From the NCBI GenBank assembly GCA_017617635.1, contig JAFZVW010000029.1:814-64813 (forward strand): a DNA stretch of 64,000 bases, written 5' to 3'. Numbering within the stretch: the first letter of the stretch is position 1; every line of letters begins with the position of its first letter. The notes beneath the pieces are model-generated. The model worked only from the letters and a program-made list of their open reading frames with translations, was not told the origin of the DNA and did not search any database. Positions 36,661 to 43,035 of this stretch are shown one piece after another. This DNA comes from Bacteroidaceae bacterium (GTDB lineage: Bacteria > Bacteroidota > Bacteroidia > Bacteroidales > Bacteroidaceae). The position numbers were made by a program, and so were the translations under genes.

Positions 36661-36700
36661 AATAGTTCCAGTGGACCGAAGCTCCACTGGAACTATTTTT
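36661..36700 (+). terminator. Strong Rho-independent terminator
   Basis: Perfect 15-bp stem aatagttccagtgga / tccactggaactatt with loop ccgaagc, followed by TTT. Confidence 0.85.
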
Positions 36701-36713
36701 CACTCTTACTCTT

Positions 36714-36732
36714 CTTACTTACTTACTATTTT
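36714..36732 (-). repeat. Copy 2 (reverse complement) of the 19-mer AAAATAGTAAGTAAGTAAG
   Basis: cttacttacttactatttt forms a perfect 19-bp inverted pair with 36844-36862, separated by 111 bp. Confidence 0.85.
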
Positions 36733-36843
36733 TGGGGTGGGTGTGTTTTTCTCCCGTGACAAAGAACTCACGCGTACCTTATATAAAATAAGAAAAATAC
36801 TTTTTATATATATAACTTCTCTCTCAGAAAAAAACCCTATAGT

Positions 36844-36862
36844 AAAATAGTAAGTAAGTAAG
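36844..36862 (+). repeat. Copy 3 of the 19-mer AAAATAGTAAGTAAGTAAG
   Basis: Exact sequence read directly from the window. Confidence 0.85.
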
Positions 36863-37144
36863 AACAACAAGTAATAACACGCGACTCTTCGTCCAGTTCT
36901 GTGGACTTATTTCGTCCAGTTCTACGGACTTTAGTTCGGAGCACCTCGTCCATCATCCATCTGTTAATGTTTGTTAATGGAGCGAACTAAAGCGAACAAA
37001 ACGTAACAAAAGCGAAAAATAGGAAATTCCGCCTTTCTTGCTACACTATCTTTGCACCGTCATGACAAAAACCATTGTTTAACCATTAAAATCCCCCAGC
37101 CAATGATTTTTGCCTAAAAACTTGCATCATATTTGATAAGTGTG

Positions 37145-37152
37145 TATATTTG
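37145..37152 (+). promoter_or_regulatory. Candidate -7 promoter box TATATTTG for the LRR/dockerin gene
   Basis: Exact TAnnTTTG match, 65 nt before the ATG at 37217 and 113 nt before the ATG at 37265. A second match, TATCTTTG, lies at 37046-37053. Confidence 0.35.
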
Positions 37153-37264
37153 TGTTGTCTATAAGACTATAGTAGCTTTTAATCGTTTATATACAATCAG
37201 AATCAAATATTGTTCGATGAAACAGAATTTCTTAATATTTTTTGATTTTTTGGCAAAAGGTATA

Positions 37265-40200
37265 ATGAACAAGTCATGCCTAATTTGTTTCTTTTGCATT
37301 ATCTGCTGTGTTCATATTTCCGCAATGCCTGAGATAGATTGGGATGACGAATCTGATAATGCCGTTGAACTGGACGGTATTTGGTATTATATTATAGACG
37401 ACAAAGCCTATGTTTGTGAATATCGAGGTAATCAGAAGGATGTTGTAATTCCAAAGCATTTATTGTTTGATTATCATAGACATTTGTATTTTGATCAGTA
37501 TCTACATTCTGTCTATAAAACAATCCATGTAGATGCAGATGTAGTTGGAATTTATCATGGCGCGTTTAGAGTTTCTGGGATAAAATCAATAGATATTAAA
37601 GCAGTTGTAGAAATAGGTAATCAGGCTTTTTATGGTTTGTCAACTTTGACAGACATAACTTTTTCTGATGGAGGTGGAGTTACTGCAATAGGGAGAGAAG
37701 CTTTTTATGATTGTACTAATCTTGCCAACGTTAATTGGGGATATAATTGCACCTTTACAACAATTAAAGATGGCACTTTCTTACATTGTACTAGTTTAAA
37801 ATCCATTAATTTCCCTGAATCAGTAGAAACAATTGAGGAGAATGCTTTTAACGTATGCACAGGGTTAACAACTGTAAACTTTCCTCAAAACTTAAAGAAA
37901 ATAGCTGGCTTTTACAAGTGTACTGGTTTAACTTCATTAACCTTTCCTCAAAGCCTAAAGGAAATAAGTAGTTCTGCTTTTTCTGGTTGTACAGGACTTA
38001 GAGATTTATCCTTTCCGCAAAATTTGGAAACGATAGGAAGTAATGCTTTTTATGATTGTACAGGACTAACCAGTGTTAATTTTAACGAGAATCTAAAAAC
38101 TATATGTACCAAAGCATTTTATGGATGTACGGGATTAAAAAATGTAAATTTTGAACAAGGTATACAGGAAATAGAATGGAACGCATTTGAAAAATGTACT
38201 GGATTGACTTCACTAACCTTTCCTCAAAGTCTGGAAATATTACAAAACTCTGCTTTTAATGGTTGTACCGGACTCGCATCAGTAATTTTTGAAGGAAATA
38301 TCCGCGAGGTAGGATATGATGCATTTAAAGGTTGCTCCGAGCTTAAAACCATTGAATTGTATAATGCCGATTCGTTAACGGTTTATAGTAGAGCATTTAA
38401 AGGCTGTAACAAAATAGAGAATGTCAGATGCCGTGATATAGGCAAATGGTGTCTTGTTACCTTTACGGATTCAACTGCAAATCCGGTTTATTATTCCCGT
38501 CACCTCTATTATCCACCAACCGCCTTGCATCCTAAAGGCAAGCCTGTTAAGGAAATAAAAGTGCCTAGTGGAATTAAAGATATTAGTGCATTTGCTTTTG
38601 TAAATGCAGATGATATGACTCGTATTGATTTGCCAACCAGTGTTGAGTCAATTGGGGATTTCGCCTTTAATAGTGCGGGAGCAAATATACAGAGAGTACG
38701 AGTTCGTTTTCGAAATGCTTTTGAAATATCAGATAGCACATTCAATGAACGTGCGTATAGGAATACTCCTTTGTTAGTCTATTCAGGATGCCAAGATGAT
38801 TTCAGTCACACTAGGGCATGGTCGTATTTTGACAATATATCTCCAACGGGAGATTATGTTTTTACATTCGACAAGATTATGAATAGCGACGCAGACCTCA
38901 TCTCGTTATTGGAATCATCGGGCTTGGAGAACTGGGATACGAATAATGATGGCGTGCCTTCCGAAGGAGATGAACCACTTGATTTGCCAGATACAACCGA
39001 TGATGATTATAATCTCATCTGGACAAGCAGCAATACGGACGTGGTAGTCATAGACGGTTATACACTTACAATGGTTGGACATGGAACTACAACCATTACC
39101 GTCTCCGTCCTTGGCGATGATGACAGTGTGCTGGCTGTCAAGGAGTTCACGCTTACTGTTGCAGAAAAACCATCTTCAGCTGAACCATACAAGCCATTCA
39201 GTACGACAACGGCTTATTATCTGTACAACAAGGAGGCAGATCTGTATCTATGCCCAGGCAACTCCTATGACACACAGGCTTCTGTAGGAGAGGCTGGCAT
39301 GGATATGTTGCTAGAGGATGTGGCTGGCGAGAATGAATCCTTCTTCGTTGGTGATACTCAGTGCGCAGCATATGCTGTTAACACACGTATATATAATAGT
39401 GCAACCGCACACTATATGGGAATGTCGGACGACGGAACTTCTGCATATTTCGACCAGGAATCGGCTGCATGGTATTTTGTGCCGCAGGAGGACGGTACAT
39501 TCCTGCTGAGTTCTAATACCACAGGAAATTATCTTTACTATGACGGGGTACATACGGCATTGGCTATAACTTCAGATGCTACTGAGAAAGGTGCCAAGTG
39601 GCACGTAATGACCCGCGAGGATATTATCGGCAAGATGGAAACTGCTACAGCTGATAATCCAGTGAATGCTTCAAGCCTTATCGAATATGCAGATTTCAGC
39701 CGAAACGGAAAACTGAGAGTCGGTGTATGGCAGGGTAATCCATCACGTGGTGGCAATAACAACAACTTCTGTGCAGAGAAATTTGACTGCAACTTTAACG
39801 TATATCAAATACTTACAGGTTTGCCAAACGGTGTCTACAAGGTAAAGGCACAGGCATACTACCGTGAAGGTGCTGACCAGAGTTATAATCCGACACCTGC
39901 ATTGGAATTGCGTAAGAATGGCAACGAACACCTTTATGCCAAACTATATGCTAATAATGAGGAGACTTCTGTTCATTCCATCTTTGATGAAGCTGGCGAT
40001 TGCATATATGGATATTATACCGAACTGGGAGTAGTTCCTAATAGCGTTTCACATGCGGCTACGGCATTCCTACAGGGATTATATTGGAACGAGCTTGAGG
40101 TAAATGTTACAGACGGCACACTGCAGTTGGGTATAAAGAAGGACGAATATGTATTCTATGACTGGACGTGTTTTGACAGTTTCCGTCTATACTACTATGG

Positions 40201-40390
40201 ACCGGAATACATCCTTGGCGATGCCAACGACAGCGGCGGAGTGGAAATTGGTGATATCACATCCGTACTGACGCTGATGGCTAATCCCGATGCTACGGGT
40301 TACAATAACAAGGCTGCCGATGCAAACCAGAGCGGCGTGATAGAGATTGGTGACATTACTACCATACTGACGATAATGGCAGGAGAATGA
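37265..40390 (+). CDS. Large surface protein: BspA-type leucine-rich repeats, an Ig-like (Big_2-like) domain, an unknown domain, and a C-terminal dockerin-like double EF-hand module
   Basis: About 12 repeats of the form F..CT.L..(I/V)NFP..L..I...AF..C. IWTSSNTDVVVIDGYTLTMVGHGTTTITV is Big_2-like. The C-terminus has GDANDSGGVEIGDITSVLTLM and ADANQSGVIEIGDITTILTIM (40217-40387). Start uncertain: 37265 gives signal peptide MNKSCLICFFCIICCVHISA; alternative 37217. Confidence 0.75.
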   Translation: MNKSCLICFFCIICCVHISAMPEIDWDDESDNAVELDGIWYYIIDDKAYVCEYRGNQKDVVIPKHLLFDYHRHLYFDQYLHSVYKTIHVDADVVGIYHGAFRVSGIKSIDIKAVVEIGNQAFYGLSTLTDITFSDGGGVTAIGREAFYDCTNLANVNWGYNCTFTTIKDGTFLHCTSLKSINFPESVETIEENAFNVCTGLTTVNFPQNLKKIAGFYKCTGLTSLTFPQSLKEISSSAFSGCTGLRDLSFPQNLETIGSNAFYDCTGLTSVNFNENLKTICTKAFYGCTGLKNVNFEQGIQEIEWNAFEKCTGLTSLTFPQSLEILQNSAFNGCTGLASVIFEGNIREVGYDAFKGCSELKTIELYNADSLTVYSRAFKGCNKIENVRCRDIGKWCLVTFTDSTANPVYYSRHLYYPPTALHPKGKPVKEIKVPSGIKDISAFAFVNADDMTRIDLPTSVESIGDFAFNSAGANIQRVRVRFRNAFEISDSTFNERAYRNTPLLVYSGCQDDFSHTRAWSYFDNISPTGDYVFTFDKIMNSDADLISLLESSGLENWDTNNDGVPSEGDEPLDLPDTTDDDYNLIWTSSNTDVVVIDGYTLTMVGHGTTTITVSVLGDDDSVLAVKEFTLTVAEKPSSAEPYKPFSTTTAYYLYNKEADLYLCPGNSYDTQASVGEAGMDMLLEDVAGENESFFVGDTQCAAYAVNTRIYNSATAHYMGMSDDGTSAYFDQESAAWYFVPQEDGTFLLSSNTTGNYLYYDGVHTALAITSDATEKGAKWHVMTREDIIGKMETATADNPVNASSLIEYADFSRNGKLRVGVWQGNPSRGGNNNNFCAEKFDCNFNVYQILTGLPNGVYKVKAQAYYREGADQSYNPTPALELRKNGNEHLYAKLYANNEETSVHSIFDEAGDCIYGYYTELGVVPNSVSHAATAFLQGLYWNELEVNVTDGTLQLGIKKDEYVFYDWTCFDSFRLYYYGPEYILGDANDSGGVEIGDITSVLTLMANPDATGYNNKAADANQSGVIEIGDITTILTIMAGE

Positions 40391-40407
40391 GGTGCTCCAT
40401 TCCCAGC

Positions 40408-41574
40408 CTATGCCTTGAGCAGGGCGTCGGCAAGGGCTTCCATTGCGGGGAGGTCGCTGTCCTTCATGCGGGATGTGATGGTGACAACGGGCTCTACGAT
40501 GGTGCAGTCCTTCATTGTCTCGATAATGCCGCGCATGGTGCGTGCTGCGCTGGGTGCCCAGCTGCCGTTTTCCAGAAGGCCGAATGTGCGTTTCTGGTAG
40601 TTCTTGATCTGCAGGTGGTAGAGCAGGTCGTGCATTGGGGGAAAGACGCCTGCGTCGTAGCTGGCTGCGCAGCATAGTATGCGCGGATAGCGGAATGCGT
40701 CTTCGATGACTTCGGCAAGGTCGTCGCGGCTGAGGTCGCTGACAACGACTTTGGGCGCTCCTTTTTCCTTGAGTATCTGTGCCATGCGCTGCGCTGCGGC
40801 GGCTGTGCCTCCGTGGATGCTGGCATAGGCTACGAGTACTCCGTCGGTCTCGGCTTCGTAGCGGCTCCATGTGTCATAGAGGCTGATGGCTGTTGCCAGT
40901 TTCTGTCCTGTGAGTACGGGGCCGTGCAGGGGGCAGATGGCCTGGATGTCGAGTTTGGCTGCTTTCTTGAGTACGGTCTGTACGGCTGCTCCGTATTTGC
41001 CGCAGATGTTGAAGTAGTAGCGGCGTGCCTCGCATGCCCAGTCGTCAGTTTCGTTGCAGAGTGCTCCGAATTTGCCGAAGCCGTCTGCTGCGAACAGGAC
41101 TTTCTCGCTGCTTTCGTAGCTCATGAGGACTTCTGGCCAGTGTACCATGGGTGCTGCTATGAAGTGGAGTGTGTGGCTGCCGAGATTGAGCGTGTCGCCT
41201 TCCTTGACGTTGAGCGTGCGGCTCTGCAGGTCTGCCTGGGGGAAGAAGTTGCGCATCATCTGGCTGGCCTTCTGGCTGCATACGAGTGTCATATCGGGGT
41301 AGAGTGCCATTGCCTGTGCAACGAGGGCAGAGTGGTCGGGCTCCATGTGGTGGCATACGAGGTATGCGGGCTGGCGGCCGTCGAGTGCCGCTGCTATGTT
41401 CCGGAGCCATTCCTGTCCCTTGCGTGCATCGGCTGTATCCATGATGGCAATCTTCTGGTCGATGATGACCCAGCTGTTGTAGCTCATGCCTTCGGGTACT
41501 GTGTATTGGCTTTCGAAGAGGTCGATGTCAAGGTCGTCTACGCCTGTGTATAGGATGTTTTCTGATACTTTCAT
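40408..41574 (-). CDS. FprA-family A-type flavodiiron protein (metallo-beta-lactamase-like plus flavodoxin-like domains)
   Basis: 388 aa. Di-iron motif HHMEPDHSA (HxExDH) and a C-terminal flavodoxin-like segment VLVAYASIHGGT. Confidence 0.8.
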   Translation of the reverse strand: MKVSENILYTGVDDLDIDLFESQYTVPEGMSYNSWVIIDQKIAIMDTADARKGQEWLRNIAAALDGRQPAYLVCHHMEPDHSALVAQAMALYPDMTLVCSQKASQMMRNFFPQADLQSRTLNVKEGDTLNLGSHTLHFIAAPMVHWPEVLMSYESSEKVLFAADGFGKFGALCNETDDWACEARRYYFNICGKYGAAVQTVLKKAAKLDIQAICPLHGPVLTGQKLATAISLYDTWSRYEAETDGVLVAYASIHGGTAAAAQRMAQILKEKGAPKVVVSDLSRDDLAEVIEDAFRYPRILCCAASYDAGVFPPMHDLLYHLQIKNYQKRTFGLLENGSWAPSAARTMRGIIETMKDCTIVEPVVTITSRMKDSDLPAMEALADALLKA

Positions 41575-41583
41575 ATTGTTATG

Positions 41584-41635
41584 TACGATTTATTATAATG
41601 TACGATGTACGATTTACGATGTACGATTTACGATG
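41584..41635. repeat. Tandem heptamer array TACGAT[GT]
   Basis: tacgatt tattata atg, then tacgatg tacgatt tacgatg tacgatt tacgatg. It starts 10 nt upstream of the fprA-like start codon (41574, minus strand). Confidence 0.9.
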
Positions 41636-41717
41636 TTGGAATTGATTTATGTCAATTTTTTGCATGCAAAGATACGTATTTTATGTTTAAGAATATGTTT
41701 TTTTAGGAAAAAGGTGT

Positions 41718-41725
41718 TAAATTTG
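41718..41725 (+). promoter_or_regulatory. -7 promoter box TAAATTTG for ompA
   Basis: Exact TAnnTTTG match, 76 nt upstream of the ATG at 41801. Confidence 0.5.
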
Positions 41726-41800
41726 CGCAAATTTTGAGCATTAAGGCTTGGATTAGAGATTAGAGACTATATAAAAAACTTTAACTAAAAATTCTGAAAA

Positions 41801-42943
41801 ATGAAAAAGTTTATTGTAGCTATTGCAGCTGTTATGGTTGCATTTTCTGCACAGGCTCAGGATCAGAAGAATTACACTGGTTCTAGCAGTTTCTGGGACA
41901 ACTGGAGCGTTAGCCTGCAGGCTGGTACTACCGAGTACCTGACCAACATGAGTGTGTTCACTCCTACAATCGTTGTAGGTGCTGACAAGTATCTGAACCC
42001 TTGGTTCGGTCTGGGTGCTGATTTCCGCACACAGATTGCTACTGGTAGTGTAGATGCTCCACTTCCACGTTACAACACTTACACTGTGTTTGATGCTGTT
42101 GCCCTGAATGGTTATGCTAAGTTCAACATGGCTAACCTGATTCTGGGTTACAAGGGTCAGCGTCGCATGTTCGAGCCTGTTATCTACACTGGTCTGGGTT
42201 GGGCTCGCAACACTGCAAGCGGTACTGCTCAAGGTCACAATGACAACATGACTTTCACAGCAGGTGCTGAATTCAACTTCAACCTGGGTAAGAAGCGTGC
42301 CTGGGGTATCGTTGTTAACCCTGCAGTTGTATGGGATGGCATGAGCGACTTCAAACTGAACAAGAACAATGCTGCTTTCGAGATTACTGCCGGTGTTGTT
42401 TACCACTTCAAGACCAGCAACGGTACTCACGACTTTGTTAAGCCAACTCTGCGCAACCAGGCTGAGATTGATGCCCTGAACGCTAAGCTGAGCGAGGCTC
42501 GTGCTGAGCAGGAGGCTAGCCTGAGCAAGATCGATGCACTGAACAAGCAGGTTACTGCTCTGAAGAACCAGGCTCCGAAGGTTGTTACAAACACTGTTAC
42601 AAACACTGTTACAAACACTCGTGACAACATGGAGTGCTACGTTTACTTCAACCAGGGTAAGAGCGAGGTTTCTGCAAGCCAGATGCCAAACGTTGAGCGT
42701 ATCGCTACATTCCTGAAGAACCACGCTGATGCTACTGTTTCTATCAAGGGTTATGCAAGCCCGGAGGGTAGCCTGGAGGTTAACCAGCGTCTTGCTAACA
42801 AGCGTGCTGAGAGCGTTAAGAAGGCTCTGATCAGCAAGTACGGTATCAAGGAAAGCCGTATCAAGGCTGAGGGTCAGGGTGTAGGCGACAGCTTCAGCGA
42901 GCCTGACTGGAACCGCGTAAGCATCTGCACAATCATGCAGTAA
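41801..42943 (+). CDS. ompA: OmpA-family outer-membrane protein (beta-barrel, coiled coil, OmpA C-terminal peptidoglycan-binding domain)
   Basis: 380 aa with a signal peptide. Coiled-coil segment (AEIDALNAKLSEARAEQEASLSKIDALNKQVTALK) and OmpA_C region (YVYFNQGKSEV ... NQRLANKRAESVKKAL). The strongly biased codon usage suggests high expression. Confidence 0.85.
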   Translation: MKKFIVAIAAVMVAFSAQAQDQKNYTGSSSFWDNWSVSLQAGTTEYLTNMSVFTPTIVVGADKYLNPWFGLGADFRTQIATGSVDAPLPRYNTYTVFDAVALNGYAKFNMANLILGYKGQRRMFEPVIYTGLGWARNTASGTAQGHNDNMTFTAGAEFNFNLGKKRAWGIVVNPAVVWDGMSDFKLNKNNAAFEITAGVVYHFKTSNGTHDFVKPTLRNQAEIDALNAKLSEARAEQEASLSKIDALNKQVTALKNQAPKVVTNTVTNTVTNTRDNMECYVYFNQGKSEVSASQMPNVERIATFLKNHADATVSIKGYASPEGSLEVNQRLANKRAESVKKALISKYGIKESRIKAEGQGVGDSFSEPDWNRVSICTIMQ

Positions 42944-42976
42944 TAGGCGGACTTAGGAGTTAAACAATAGAAAAGA

Positions 42977-43008
42977 GAAGGCCTCGGGGATTTTCCCGGG
43001 GCCTTCTT
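42977..43008. terminator. Bidirectional hairpin terminator between convergent ompA and the acyl-ligase fusion gene
   Basis: gaaggcc-tcgggg ... cccggg-gccttc is an imperfect GC-rich stem flanked by A-rich (5') and T-rich (3') sequence. Confidence 0.6.
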
Positions 43009-43035
43009 GTATGTATCGCAACAGGCAGTGATGTG

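Noticed and set aside
36714-36862. Invertible promoter (phase-variation switch) bounded by the 19-bp inverted repeats.
   Set aside because: There is no TAnnTTTG promoter box in either orientation inside the 111-bp segment and no invertase or recombinase gene in the window. I kept it only as a repeat or MITE-like observation.
36638-40407. Genomic island with mobility genes around the AT-rich LRR gene.
   Set aside because: I found no integrase, transposase, tRNA target or direct-repeat att sites by eye. Only compositional oddity and repeats support foreign origin, so I did not call a mobile element.
41753-42724. 323-aa minus-strand ORF opposite ompA.
   Set aside because: It is antisense to a highly codon-biased, clearly recognisable OmpA gene. 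The repetitive Ser/Val/Leu product is an artefact of that bias.
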